Shown piece by piece: positions 1 through 9,974 of a DNA stretch of 64,000 nucleotides. The notes beneath the pieces were generated by a model that made no database searches, was not told the DNA's origin, and worked only from the letters and a program-made list of their open reading frames with translations. Position numbers and translations under genes: made by a program. Numbering within the stretch: position 1 is the first letter of the stretch; each line of letters begins with the position of its first letter. Source of the DNA: Rheinheimera sp. (GTDB lineage: Bacteria; Pseudomonadota; Gammaproteobacteria; Enterobacterales; Alteromonadaceae); the NCBI RefSeq assembly GCF_037442345.1, contig NZ_JBBIQL010000019.1:35724-99723 (forward strand). The letters are read 5' to 3'.

Positions 1-775
1 TTAATAAAGTACCGCCAATCACCACAGCGGCAATGGCGTCCAGCTCAGTGCCCACTGCCGCCAGCGCATACCCCGAATAGGTGTACAGGCTTAACAGCAA
101 ACCTGCTGTTGCCGCCAATAAACTGGACAAGGCGTAAAGCTGGATAGTGGTACGGGCCACCGGCACCCCCATTAACGCGGCCGATTGCGCATTGCCACCC
201 AGTGCATAAATGCGGCCACCAAAGCGGCTTTTATGCGCCAGCAGCGCCACCAGCAACACCAGCAGTAACGCCAGCAAGGAACTAGCCCCTAACCAGCCGC
301 CATCGGGCAGGCTCAGGCCAAATTCAGACAGCTGATCATAAAAAGGATGCTCAATCGCCACCGACTCTTCACTAAGCAAGGTCGCCACACCACGGGCCAG
401 AAACATGCCCGCCAGCGTGACAATAAAAGGCTGCAGCTGGTAATAGTGGATAAGTGCGCCCATGCCTGCACCGAACAAGGCAGCACAGGGCAAAATCAGC
501 GCAAAAGCCAGCAGCGGGTGCCAGCCAAGTGACCCTATCAGCAAAGCAGCGGCCACACCGGATAGCGCTATCACAGAGCCGACCGACAAATCGATACCAC
601 CGGATAAAATCACCAGCGTCATGCCAAGGGCTGTCACCAGTAAAAAGGCATTGTCGCTGATAAGGTTGGTCAGCACGGCCAGGCTGGCAAAGCCATCAAA
701 CTGTGCGGCTCCTACCGCAAACAACAGCAGCAACAGTACAGAGCTGACATACAAAGGCAAATAACGGGAGGTCAT
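1..775 (-). CDS. yjfF: Sugar ABC transporter permease, YjfF/AraZ-like (3' end runs off the window)
   Basis: Manual translation from the ATG at 775, which overlaps the ytfT stop (TGATG): MTSRYLPLYVSSVLLLLLFAVGAAQFDGF...GMTLVILSGGIDLSVGSV. Hydrophobic, with a BPD_transp_2-type GGIDLSVG motif. Absent from the ORF track because it is truncated. Confidence 0.85.
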   Translation of the reverse strand, partial: MTSRYLPLYVSSVLLLLLFAVGAAQFDGFASLAVLTNLISDNAFLLVTALGMTLVILSGGIDLSVGSVIALSGVAAALLIGSLGWHPLLAFALILPCAALFGAGMGALIHYYQLQPFIVTLAGMFLARGVATLLSEESVAIEHPFYDQLSEFGLSLPDGGWLGASSLLALLLVLLVALLAHKSRFGGRIYALGGNAQSAALMGVPVARTTIQLYALSSLLAATAGLLLSLYTYSGYALAAVGTELDAIAAVVIGGTLL

Positions 776-1860
776 CACAAGGCTCCTTTGGCTTTGAAGC
801 GGCCAGTCAGGGCACGGAGCTGAGCGCGGAATAAAGGCGATTGCAGCAACAGCACCACCAAAATCACCAGGGCTTTGATCAACAAGTTAAATTTGGCCGG
901 CAAGCCACTGACAATAATGGTGGTACTCAGGCATTGAATAATCACAGCGCCGAGTACCGAAAGCGGCAAACTAAAGCGGCCGCCGGTCAGCGCCGCGCCA
1001 CCGATCACGACGGCCAGAATGGCATCCAGCTCCAGCCATAAACCGGCGTTATTGGCGTCTGAGCCCTGAATATCGGCGGTGGCCACTACACCGGCCACAG
1101 CAGCGCAGGCCCCGGCCAGCAGGTAGACCATCAGTTTGATTTGCCGATCCGGCAGGCCCATATAACGGCTGGCTTTGCTGTTGCAGCCCACGGCTTCAAT
1201 AAAAAGCCCCAAGGCGGTTTTGCGGGTCAGCCCCTGCAGCACCACTAACATCAGCAACACTAACCAGACAGGCAGGGGCAGACCCAACCAGTCGCCTGTG
1301 CCCAACGCAGCAAAATCCGGGTTCTGAAAGGTGACAATCTGGCCCTGGTTCAACAGCTGCGCCACACCGCGCCCGGCCACCATCAGCAGCAAGGTAGCCA
1401 CTATCGGCTGAATGCCCAGATACGCCACCAGCACGCCATTCAGTGCACCACACAGCAGACCCGTCGCCAGCGCAGCCAGCAACACCAGCGGCAAAGACCA
1501 ACCGCTGGCCAGCAACAAGTTGGCACAGACAGCACCACAAATCGCCATCACAGCACCGACCGATAAATCAATGCCGCCTGTGGCAATCACCAGGCTCATC
1601 CCAAGCGCCAGCAGCGCCACAGGAGCGGCCCGGTTCACAATATCAATCAAAGGCCCATAGAGCCGGCCATCCTGCCACTGCAGGCTAAAAAACGCCGGGT
1701 CTATCACTAAGTTCACCAACAACAGCAAGCCCAGGGCTGCGACTGGCCACAACCACTGTTGCCAGCTTCGGGTCGAGTGGCCTTTGCTGTAACGGGCCGC
1801 TTTGGCAGCATCCAGCGGCGGCGTTTTGGTTTCATTCATGGGGCATTCTCCACTGCTCAT
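775..1860 (-). CDS. ytfT: Sugar ABC transporter permease (YtfT/AraW-like); alternative start at 1839
   Basis: GGIDLSVGAV, ELDAILAVVIGG and multiple TM helices; lies in operon order after the ATPase. Confidence 0.9.
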   Translation of the reverse strand: MSSGECPMNETKTPPLDAAKAARYSKGHSTRSWQQWLWPVAALGLLLLVNLVIDPAFFSLQWQDGRLYGPLIDIVNRAAPVALLALGMSLVIATGGIDLSVGAVMAICGAVCANLLLASGWSLPLVLLAALATGLLCGALNGVLVAYLGIQPIVATLLLMVAGRGVAQLLNQGQIVTFQNPDFAALGTGDWLGLPLPVWLVLLMLVVLQGLTRKTALGLFIEAVGCNSKASRYMGLPDRQIKLMVYLLAGACAAVAGVVATADIQGSDANNAGLWLELDAILAVVIGGAALTGGRFSLPLSVLGAVIIQCLSTTIIVSGLPAKFNLLIKALVILVVLLLQSPLFRAQLRALTGRFKAKGAL

Positions 1861-3395
1861 GCCTGCGCTCCCTGCCCAACTGGCGACGTCCGCGCCGACG
1901 GTGCTATACCGGCAATAGCCGCCATAATGGCGTCGGGCCGGATTTGCTCAGCCGTCAGCTCTGCGACTTTTTGCCGGTCACGCAGCACCACCACCTTATG
2001 GGCAAAAGCCACCAGTTCTTCCAGCTCGGACGAGGTCACCAGCAACGACATGCCTTGTTCGCACAACTCATGAATTAACTGCAGAATTTCAGCGTGGGCA
2101 CCTATATCAATGCCTCGGGTGGGTTCGTCCAATAACAACAGCTCAGGTTGCACCGCCAACCAACGCGCCAGAATGACTTTTTGCTGATTACCGCCACTCA
2201 GCTGGCCTATCGGCTTGTCGGCGTCCGGCGTGGCAATCTGCAGTTTGTCGATATACAGCTGTGCGAGCTGTTGCGCTTTGTGTTTACTGATAGGGCGCCA
2301 CCAGCCTTGTTTAGCCTGCAGCGCCAGCTGAATATTTTCCCGAATCGACAAAAGCGCAATAATACCTTCGGTTTTGCGGTCTTCCGGGCACAACGCAATG
2401 CCTGCGGCGATCGCATCGGCAGGTTGCTTCAGACTGAGAGGCTGTCCTTTCCAGCGAATTTGGCCTTGCTGCAGTGGGTCTAGCCCAAACAATAAACGGC
2501 AGACTTCGGTGCGGCCCGAGCCAAGCAGCCCCGCCAGCCCTACCGCCTGACCTTTAGGTAAATCCAGATCCAGCTGCTGTACTGAAGCGGCAGCACAGGC
2601 TTGTTGGGTTTGTAGCAACGGCATACCTAAACTGGCTTTTTCTTTGGCGGCACAAGGCTGATGCGGCACCAGCTCACGCCCCAGCATAGCGGCAATTAAG
2701 TCTGCCCGTGGCAGGTCTGCCGTCAGGAACTCCCCCACCAGCGAACCATTACGCAGTACTGTAATGCGCTCACAGAGCCGGTAGACCTGCTCAAGAAAGT
2801 GGGTAATAAACACAATAGCCACCCCCTGCTGTTTCAACTGCTCCAACAGACTGAACAGTTGCTGCACTTCACCGGCATCCAGACTGGCGGTGGGCTCATC
2901 CAGCACCAGTACCCGAGCCTTTTGCGCCACACCACGGGCTATCGCCACCAGTTGCTGCACAGCCATCGAGTAGCAGGCCAGTGGTTTCGTCACATCAATA
3001 TCAAGCGCAAAACTTTGCAGCAAATCACGCGCCTGCGCGGCCATTTGTGTGTGGTCTATCAGGCCCCAGCGTTTGGGTTCTGCCCCTAAATACAGGTTAT
3101 GGGCCACCGACAAATTCGGCAATAAATTCACTTCCTGGTACACAGTGGCGATCCCTGCCTGCTGTGCATCCAGAGGAGTGGCAAATTTGCAGCTGTGCCC
3201 CTCAAACTGCAGAGTACCGCTGTCCGGCCGATACACCCCTGTCATCACTTTTACCAGCGTGGATTTACCGGCGCCATTTTCGCCCAGCAGTGCATGGGCT
3301 TCCCCGGCAAAGAGCCGCAGGCCAGCACCCTGCAGTGCTTTGACACCGGGAAAACTTTTGCAGATAGCGGTGAGTTCCAGCAGAGGCTGACTCAT
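1857..3395 (-). CDS. ytfR: Sugar ABC transporter ATP-binding protein with two NBDs (YtfR/AraV-like)
   Basis: Walker A GENGAGKS, LSGGNQQK signature, two LDEPT Walker B motifs. Confidence 0.92.
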   Translation of the reverse strand: MSQPLLELTAICKSFPGVKALQGAGLRLFAGEAHALLGENGAGKSTLVKVMTGVYRPDSGTLQFEGHSCKFATPLDAQQAGIATVYQEVNLLPNLSVAHNLYLGAEPKRWGLIDHTQMAAQARDLLQSFALDIDVTKPLACYSMAVQQLVAIARGVAQKARVLVLDEPTASLDAGEVQQLFSLLEQLKQQGVAIVFITHFLEQVYRLCERITVLRNGSLVGEFLTADLPRADLIAAMLGRELVPHQPCAAKEKASLGMPLLQTQQACAAASVQQLDLDLPKGQAVGLAGLLGSGRTEVCRLLFGLDPLQQGQIRWKGQPLSLKQPADAIAAGIALCPEDRKTEGIIALLSIRENIQLALQAKQGWWRPISKHKAQQLAQLYIDKLQIATPDADKPIGQLSGGNQQKVILARWLAVQPELLLLDEPTRGIDIGAHAEILQLIHELCEQGMSLLVTSSELEELVAFAHKVVVLRDRQKVAELTAEQIRPDAIMAAIAGIAPSARTSPVGQGAQA

Positions 3396-3405
3396 TGCAG
3401 CCTCC

Positions 3406-4350
3406 TTAGTTTAACCGGCGTTTTTCGTATTCCGCAGCTGCAGTGTCCTGGGTAAACAGGCCACCAGTGGTGCGGATAAGCTTAGGAATGGCTTTGTCGC
3501 CGTCCAGCACTTTGCTCACCACATCAAAAGCCGGGCCGCCCAGATGCGGGTTCAGCTCGACTGTGGCATTGGCGTCGCCATCGGCCATGGCTTTAAAATA
3601 ATCCGGCACGCCGTCCACCGACACCACCCACATATCTTTGCCTGGCGCCAGGCCCGCTTCTTTAATGGCCTGAATAGCGCCGAGCGCCATTTCATCGTTA
3701 TGGGCCCACAAGGCACAAATGCCTTTGCCGCCGTTTTCCGCTTTCAGTAAGGACTCCATCACTTCTTTGCCTTTGGCACGGGTAAATTCCGCAGTCTGGC
3801 TGCGCACAATTTTTGACTGAGGGTACTGCGCCAACACTTCGTTAAAGCCTTTGGCGCGGTCAATAGCCGCCGTGGCCCCAACAGTGCCCTGCAATTCAAT
3901 GATGCTGCACTGGCCTTTGCTTTGCTGCATCAGCCAGCGCGCCGCGATGCGGCCCTCTTCGGTAAAATCGGAGGCAATACGGGTGACATACAAGGAGTCG
4001 TCGTTCAGCGCCACATTGCGGTCAAGAATAATCACCGGAATACGCGCCCGCTTGGCTTCACGCAGCACTGGCATCCAACCGGTCTCCACCACAGGAGCGA
4101 GCAAAATAGCGTCCACCCGCTGTGCGATAAAGCTTCTGACCGCTTTAATCTGGTTTTCTTGTTTTTGCTGGGCGTCGGCAAACTTCAGCTCAATGCCCCG
4201 CTTGGCGGCTTCGGCTTTGACCGATTCAGAAAACTGGGTACGCCAGCCACTTTCAGAGCCCACCTGAGCAAAACCCACAGTGGTAGCCCATGCCGTGGCG
4301 GAACAGACAGACAGCGCCAGAGCGCTCAGTACGAGTTTAAAATTCATCAC
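3406..4350 (-). CDS. ytfQ: Periplasmic sugar-binding protein, YtfQ (galactofuranose/arabinofuranose) type
   Basis: Signal peptide, then VGFAQVGSESGWR, KQENQIKAVRSFIAQ and HNDEMALGAIQAIKEAG, typical of YtfQ. Confidence 0.88.
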   Translation of the reverse strand: MMNFKLVLSALALSVCSATAWATTVGFAQVGSESGWRTQFSESVKAEAAKRGIELKFADAQQKQENQIKAVRSFIAQRVDAILLAPVVETGWMPVLREAKRARIPVIILDRNVALNDDSLYVTRIASDFTEEGRIAARWLMQQSKGQCSIIELQGTVGATAAIDRAKGFNEVLAQYPQSKIVRSQTAEFTRAKGKEVMESLLKAENGGKGICALWAHNDEMALGAIQAIKEAGLAPGKDMWVVSVDGVPDYFKAMADGDANATVELNPHLGGPAFDVVSKVLDGDKAIPKLIRTTGGLFTQDTAAAEYEKRRLN

Positions 4351-4367
4351 AGTCTCCCCTGTTAAAA

Positions 4368-4402
4368 CCGGCGCCTGTAAGTCTGATTATGGCGGCGCCG
4401 GT
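4368..4402. other. Intergenic inverted repeat between galM and ytfQ
   Basis: ACCGGCGCC ... GGCGCCGGT arms; no clear U-tract, so possibly an mRNA-stabilising hairpin. Confidence 0.4.
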
Positions 4403-4417
4403 GCGATGTTAAATTGT

Positions 4418-5461
4418 TTAGCTGTAACCCAAACGGAACCTCGTCAGATGCCGGTAGGTCTCGCCTTTGCGCAGCAGCAAAGACGGAAAGTCCGGCTGGT
4501 TCGGCGCGTCCGGGTAGCCATGAGGTTCCAGGCATAAGGCGGCGTATTGCCGGATCAGCTGGCCATTCTGGCCTGGCAACCTGCTGTCAAGAAAGTTTCC
4601 GCTGTAAAACTGAATCCCCGGCTGGTCGGTAAACAACTGCAAGGTTCGCCCCGATTGCGGGTCTCGCAAAATAGCGGCAGGTAATTCGGCACTGCGCCCT
4701 TGGTTCAGCACAAAATAATGATCGTAACCACCAGGCACTAAACCAATGTCCTGCCCTATGGTTTTGCTGATACGAAAATCCATCACGTCGCTAACGGCAC
4801 GAACCTCACCTGTCGGCAACTGGTCGCTGTCGAGCGCCAGATAATGCGAAGCCGAGAGCCAGAGTTGCTGAGTTAACACTGTACTCTGCGCTGCACCGGA
4901 CAAATTCCAGTAGGCATGATTGGTCAGGCTCAGAGGTGTGTCGGCCGAACTGACAGCGCTGAAACTCAGCTGCACTTCACTCGCCAGCACTTTGTACTGC
5001 ACCACAACATCCACAGCACCAGGATAGCCCTGGTCGCCGTCCGGGCTATGCAGGCGGTAGTCCACCAGCACCGCATCCGGAAGCTCTGTGGTCTGGCATG
5101 ACCAAAAGCGCGAGCCAAAGCCATCGGGCCCGCCATGCAATTGTTTTTCGCCTTCATTGGCCTGCAATTCGACCCAGCCTGTTTCTGCCGGATAACGCGC
5201 CTGGCGGATCCTGTTGGCGACCCGGCCAATACAGACAGCAAAAAAATACGGGTTGCGGGCAAACTCCGCCGGGTTTTGGTAGTTCTGCAGCAACTCAACT
5301 TTGCTGTTGCCATCAAATGACGGCATTTGCGCCGACCAAAAACCTGCACCGAGATTAGAGAAACCAAAACGGTAACCGGCCGGCGTGTCCACCCAAGCCA
5401 GCTCCAGTGGCTGCTTCAGCGCAGCCACCTGCAAAGTTTCAGTCTGCAGTACAAAGCTCAT
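4418..5461 (-). CDS. galM: Aldose 1-epimerase (mutarotase) of the arabinose locus
   Basis: GRVANRI, LHGG, TNHAYWNL, GYDHYF and CLEP motifs. Confidence 0.9.
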   Translation of the reverse strand: MSFVLQTETLQVAALKQPLELAWVDTPAGYRFGFSNLGAGFWSAQMPSFDGNSKVELLQNYQNPAEFARNPYFFAVCIGRVANRIRQARYPAETGWVELQANEGEKQLHGGPDGFGSRFWSCQTTELPDAVLVDYRLHSPDGDQGYPGAVDVVVQYKVLASEVQLSFSAVSSADTPLSLTNHAYWNLSGAAQSTVLTQQLWLSASHYLALDSDQLPTGEVRAVSDVMDFRISKTIGQDIGLVPGGYDHYFVLNQGRSAELPAAILRDPQSGRTLQLFTDQPGIQFYSGNFLDSRLPGQNGQLIRQYAALCLEPHGYPDAPNQPDFPSLLLRKGETYRHLTRFRLGYS

Positions 5462-5463
5462 GG

Positions 5464-7062
5464 TCAGGCCTCAACCGCCGCAGTGGTTTTGACGCCATTG
5501 ATCAAACGAGGCAACTGCCATGGGTTGCTGTTTTGCAGCTCTGCAGGCAGCAGCGCTGCCGGGTAATTCTGGAAACAGATAGGCCGGACGAAACGGGCAA
5601 TGGATGCAGTGCCTACCGAGGTAAAACGGGCGTCAGTCGCGGCCGGGAAAGGCCCACCATGCATCATGGCGTCACAGACTTCCACACCGGTCGGGTAGTT
5701 ATTGACCACTAAGCGGCCGACTTTCTGCCGCAGCAGCTGCACCAGTTCCGGGTAAGCAGCCAGCTCGCCGGGCGCTGCCTGAATAGTGCCGGTCAGTTGA
5801 CCTTTCAGGTTACTGACCACCTGCAGTAATTCCGTTTTATCCTGACAGACCACCAGCACCGATGCATGGCCAAACACTTCTTCCTGCAAATGCGGGTTGG
5901 TCAAAAAAGTTTGCGCCTGCACTTTAAACAGTTGAGCCTGCGAGCAGAAGCCCGCTTTGTCGCCCACCGCTTCACCCGACGCAAGCAGTTCAACCCCGGT
6001 TTGAGCAGCCAGATGGGCTGTACCTTTGTGATAGGCCGCCGCAATGCCTTCATTTAACATCACACCGGCCGGCACTTTGGCCAAGGCGTCGCTGGCGGCA
6101 CTGCAAAAACGATCCAGCGCAGGGCTTTGCAATGCGATCACCACCCCTGGGTTCACACAAAACTGACCTACCCCCAACGTCAGGGAACCGACAAAACCCG
6201 TGGCAATACCCTGCGCATTGGCCGCCAGCGCTTCCGGTAACAACACCACAGGATTGACGCTGCCCATTTCAGCAAATACCGGAATAGGTTCAGGCCGGCT
6301 GTTGGCTAAATGGAACAGTGCCATACCTCCGGCTTGCGAACCGGTAAACCCCACAGCTTTGACTGCAGGAGCCTGCACCAGCTCAGCCCCCACCTCACGG
6401 CCCGAGCCCATAATCAATGAAAACACGCCACCTGGTAAGCCCGCTTTTTGCACCGCGGTCGCCAGCGCCTGTGCGACCAATTCGGACGTACCAGGGTGGC
6501 TGTTATGGCCTTTGACCAGCACAGGACAGCCTGCGGCCAGTGCGGCAGCTGTGTCCCCGCCAGCCACCGAAAAGGCCAACGGAAAGTTACTGGCGCCAAA
6601 CACGACCACTGGGCCTAGTGGCTGATTGGTAAAACGGATATCCGGCCGTGGCACGGGCTGACGCTCCGGCAAGGCGGTATCGATACGGATATTCAGGTAC
6701 TCGCCTTTGACAATGGAGCTTGCGAATAAACGCAATTGATTGCAGGTGCGGGCACGTTCGCCTTCCGCCCGCGCTTTCGGATAGCCAGTTTCCAGCGACA
6801 GGCGCTCCAGCAGTTCATCGCCGAGCGCCATAATTTCATCGGCACAAAGGTGTAAAAATGCAGCCCGCTCCGAGAGCGACGTGGCGGCAAACACCGGCGC
6901 AGCAGCTTCGGCTGCCGCCACAGCTGCTGCCACCTGAGCTTTGCTGGCATAACTCATCACGGGTTCCAGCGCCTGTGCTGTGGCAGGGTTGATCGCCTGA
7001 TAACTGCCAGCGTCACCCTGTATCCACTGCCCGCTAATTAACTGTTTACCGCTGATTGCCAT
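5464..7062 (-). CDS. NADP-dependent aldehyde dehydrogenase, alpha-ketoglutaric semialdehyde dehydrogenase type
   Basis: FGASNFPLAFS, GFTGSQAGG, AEMGSVNP, GQFCVNPG, HGGPFPA; pentose-oxidation context; ATG at 7062 has an AGGGG RBS. Confidence 0.85.
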   Translation of the reverse strand: MAISGKQLISGQWIQGDAGSYQAINPATAQALEPVMSYASKAQVAAAVAAAEAAAPVFAATSLSERAAFLHLCADEIMALGDELLERLSLETGYPKARAEGERARTCNQLRLFASSIVKGEYLNIRIDTALPERQPVPRPDIRFTNQPLGPVVVFGASNFPLAFSVAGGDTAAALAAGCPVLVKGHNSHPGTSELVAQALATAVQKAGLPGGVFSLIMGSGREVGAELVQAPAVKAVGFTGSQAGGMALFHLANSRPEPIPVFAEMGSVNPVVLLPEALAANAQGIATGFVGSLTLGVGQFCVNPGVVIALQSPALDRFCSAASDALAKVPAGVMLNEGIAAAYHKGTAHLAAQTGVELLASGEAVGDKAGFCSQAQLFKVQAQTFLTNPHLQEEVFGHASVLVVCQDKTELLQVVSNLKGQLTGTIQAAPGELAAYPELVQLLRQKVGRLVVNNYPTGVEVCDAMMHGGPFPAATDARFTSVGTASIARFVRPICFQNYPAALLPAELQNSNPWQLPRLINGVKTTAAVEA

Positions 7063-7128
7063 GTTTTCCCCCTGCAACACTCGCTAAAAACAAAAAAGAT
7101 GGGGACCAGCAGGGCCCCTGAAGCCGGT

Positions 7129-7899
7129 TTAAATCCAGCCACCATCCACGATAAAATCCTGCGCCGAACACATGGCGCTGTCGTCCGACGCCAGAAACAG
7201 CGCCATAGCGGCAATATGCTCCGGCATCAGCCGCTGCTTCAGGCATTGGTTTTTCTCAATATCTTTGGCCGTTTCTTCATTCACCCAATGAGTCAGCTGG
7301 CGCTCTGTCATCACCCAGCCCGGCGTCAGCGCATTGACGCGGATATTGTCGCCACCCAAATCACGGGCCAGGCCACGGGTTAACCCAAGCACTGCGGCCT
7401 TTGAACTGGTGTAACCCGGCATACCGCCCTGACTTTCATGCCAGCTCATCGAGCCAAAATTAATCACCGAGCCGCCCCCCAACTCCAGCATGTGCGGGTA
7501 CACCGCCTGAATAGCGAAAAATTTATGGCGCAAGTTCACATTGATGCGCTGATCCCAGTACTCAGGAGTCACGTCACGAAAATCATGCCGGGTGTCGCTG
7601 GCAGCATTGTTCACCAGCACACCAACAGGCCCTAAATCGTCACGAACCCGGGTAATGACGGCTTTCAAGGCGGCAATATCCAGCAAATCACAGAGATAAA
7701 ATTTCAGCTGTGCCTGCGGGTACTGCACCAGCAGCTTTTGCACCAGTGCATCCGATTCGGCTTGAAGAATATCGACAAAAGCCACTTTGGCCTGTTGTGC
7801 GACAAAGGCTTCAACCAACGCAGCACCTATGCCAGAGCCCCCGCCGGTAATAAACACTGTTTTACCGGCCAGACTGGGGTAGTTATTGGTTAAATTCAT
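7129..7899 (-). CDS. SDR-family sugar dehydrogenase (L-arabinose/D-galactose/D-xylose 1-dehydrogenase type)
   Basis: TGGGSGIG, NNAA, YTSSK catalytic motif, PGWVMTERQ; adjacent to a sugar-acid dehydratase. Confidence 0.82.
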   Translation of the reverse strand: MNLTNNYPSLAGKTVFITGGGSGIGAALVEAFVAQQAKVAFVDILQAESDALVQKLLVQYPQAQLKFYLCDLLDIAALKAVITRVRDDLGPVGVLVNNAASDTRHDFRDVTPEYWDQRINVNLRHKFFAIQAVYPHMLELGGGSVINFGSMSWHESQGGMPGYTSSKAAVLGLTRGLARDLGGDNIRVNALTPGWVMTERQLTHWVNEETAKDIEKNQCLKQRLMPEHIAAMALFLASDDSAMCSAQDFIVDGGWI

Positions 7900-7995
7900 T
7901 GTTTTGCCTCGTACAAAATAACCGGTCAGGCTGGCACCACCCACCTGCCCGGTCTCTGAAGAGCGTTGCCTAAACCTTACAAATATTTGCCAGAC

Positions 7996-9735
7996 CTAGT
8001 GCGAGTGAGCCGGTACGGCCGCACCGCGACAGCCGACCAGGAAATCAAAATCGCAGCCCTCATCGGCTTGCAACACCCGCTCCCGGTACATTTCCAGGTA
8101 ACCGCCAGTGCGGAAAATCACCTGACTGGCTTTCAGTTTTTCCAGCCGTGCCGCCAGTTCTTCGTCCGACACTTCCAGCTGCAAAATGCCATTGTGGGCG
8201 TCCAGCTGAATCATGTCGCCGTCCTGCACCGCCGCCAGAGGACCTAACTCCATGGCTTCTGGGGTCACATGCAACACCACAGTGCCAAAGGCGGTGCCGC
8301 TCATGCGGGCGTCCGAAATACGCACCATGTCTTTGACGCCTTGTTTCAATAACTTAGGCGGTAAGCCCATATTGCCGACTTCAGCCATGCCTGGGTAGCC
8401 TTTCGGACCACAGTTTTTCAGTACCATCACACAGCTGGCATCGATATCCAGCTCCGGGTCATTCACCCGCTGTTTGTAATGGTCAAAGTTTTCAAACACC
8501 ACAGCCCGGCCACGGTGTTTCAGTAAGGCTGGAGTGGCGGCAGACGGCTTCAGCACAGCGCCGCGTGGCGCCAGATTGCCACGCAGCACACAAATACCAC
8601 CGCTGGCGACCAGCGGATTGTCGACCGGGCGAATCACATCATCGTTGTAGCAGGCCGCCTCTTTGACATTGTCCCAGATGCTGCGGCCGTTTACTGTCAG
8701 CGCATCTTTATTCAGCCAGTCGTTTTCACCCAGGCGGCGCAGCACCGCCGGTAAACCGCCTGAGTAGTAGAATTCTTCCATCAGGTACTTGCCGGATGGC
8801 TGCAGATTCACCAGAGTCGGCACCACTTTGCCGTGGTTCCAGTCGTCCAGCGACAAATCCACGCCGATACGGCCAGCAATGGCTTTGAGGTGAATCACCG
8901 CATTGGTGGAGCCGCCAATGGCTGCGTTGGTGCGAATGGCGTTAATAAAGGCGTCGCGGGTCAGTACTTTCGACAGTTTTAAGTCTTCATGCACCATATC
9001 GACAATGCGCATACCAGATAAATGCGCCAGCACATAACGGCGTGCATCCACAGCCGGAATGGCGGCATTGTGCGGCAGACTGGTGCCGAGCGATTCAGCC
9101 ATACAGGCCATAGTAGAAGCCGTACCCATGGTGTTACAGGTACCGGCCGAACGCGACATGCTGCCTTCCATCGCCATAAATTCGTCCAGCGAAATACGGC
9201 CGGCTTTGTATTCTTCATGCGCCTGCCACACCAGGGTGCCAGAACCGACGTCCTGGCCGTGGTGCTTGCCGTTCAGCATAGGGCCGCCTGTGACCACAAT
9301 GGTCGGCAGGTCGCAGCTGGCGGCCCCCATCAGCAGTGCAGGGGTGGTTTTATCACAGCCCACCAGCAACACCACCCCATCAATAGGGTTGCCACGAATG
9401 GCTTCTTCGGTATCCATAGCCGCCAGGTTACGGGTCAGCATAGCGGTCGGACGCAGATTGGACTCACCGTTGGAAAACACCGGGAATTCCACCGGGATCC
9501 CCCCGGCTTCGCGGATACCGTTTTTTACCCGCTCAGCAATCTGACGGAAATGCGCATTACAGGGCGTCAGTTCAGACCAGGTGTTGCAGATGCCAATCAC
9601 AGGTTTGCCCTGAAAGTGGTGATCCGGAATACCCTGGTTTTTCATCCAGCTGCGATACATAAAACCGTTTTTGTCGTTGGTTCCAAACCAGCTGGCAGAA
9701 CGGAGCTGCACTTTTTTCTTATCGTCATTGGCCAT
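7996..9735 (-). CDS. IlvD/Edd-family sugar-acid dehydratase (L-arabinonate dehydratase-like)
   Basis: ELTPCN, GCDKT, GTCNTMGTASTM, SDARMSGTAFG motifs; ATG at 9735. Confidence 0.88.
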   Translation of the reverse strand: MANDDKKKVQLRSASWFGTNDKNGFMYRSWMKNQGIPDHHFQGKPVIGICNTWSELTPCNAHFRQIAERVKNGIREAGGIPVEFPVFSNGESNLRPTAMLTRNLAAMDTEEAIRGNPIDGVVLLVGCDKTTPALLMGAASCDLPTIVVTGGPMLNGKHHGQDVGSGTLVWQAHEEYKAGRISLDEFMAMEGSMSRSAGTCNTMGTASTMACMAESLGTSLPHNAAIPAVDARRYVLAHLSGMRIVDMVHEDLKLSKVLTRDAFINAIRTNAAIGGSTNAVIHLKAIAGRIGVDLSLDDWNHGKVVPTLVNLQPSGKYLMEEFYYSGGLPAVLRRLGENDWLNKDALTVNGRSIWDNVKEAACYNDDVIRPVDNPLVASGGICVLRGNLAPRGAVLKPSAATPALLKHRGRAVVFENFDHYKQRVNDPELDIDASCVMVLKNCGPKGYPGMAEVGNMGLPPKLLKQGVKDMVRISDARMSGTAFGTVVLHVTPEAMELGPLAAVQDGDMIQLDAHNGILQLEVSDEELAARLEKLKASQVIFRTGGYLEMYRERVLQADEGCDFDFLVGCRGAAVPAHSH

Positions 9736-9767
9736 AGCTGAATCCACTAGCAACTAATAAAATAATA

Positions 9768-9778
9768 TTGTATTACTA
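9768..9778. promoter_or_regulatory. Putative FadR/DgoR-type operator upstream of the catabolic operon
   Basis: TTGTATTACTA, a near match to the TTGTA-N-TACAA palindrome at 10996. Confidence 0.55.
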
Positions 9779-9974
9779 ATACATCAAGACAGCGGAACTC
9801 AGCAAGGCCCCTGCAGAAAAATTTTCACCAAAGCAGTGCGGAAATTTAATTTAAGCACTGATTTACATGAATTTTTTCTTTGCCCTGCTGTTGTGCAACT
9901 TTTGCACAGCTGACCCGTTTTGGTTAAATTACTCATACTATAAGATAATTTATGTGAAATCTCGACAGGGGAAA

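Noticed and set aside
9022-9741. 239-aa plus-strand ORF
   Set aside because: Antisense shadow of the IlvD/Edd dehydratase; no motifs and no RBS
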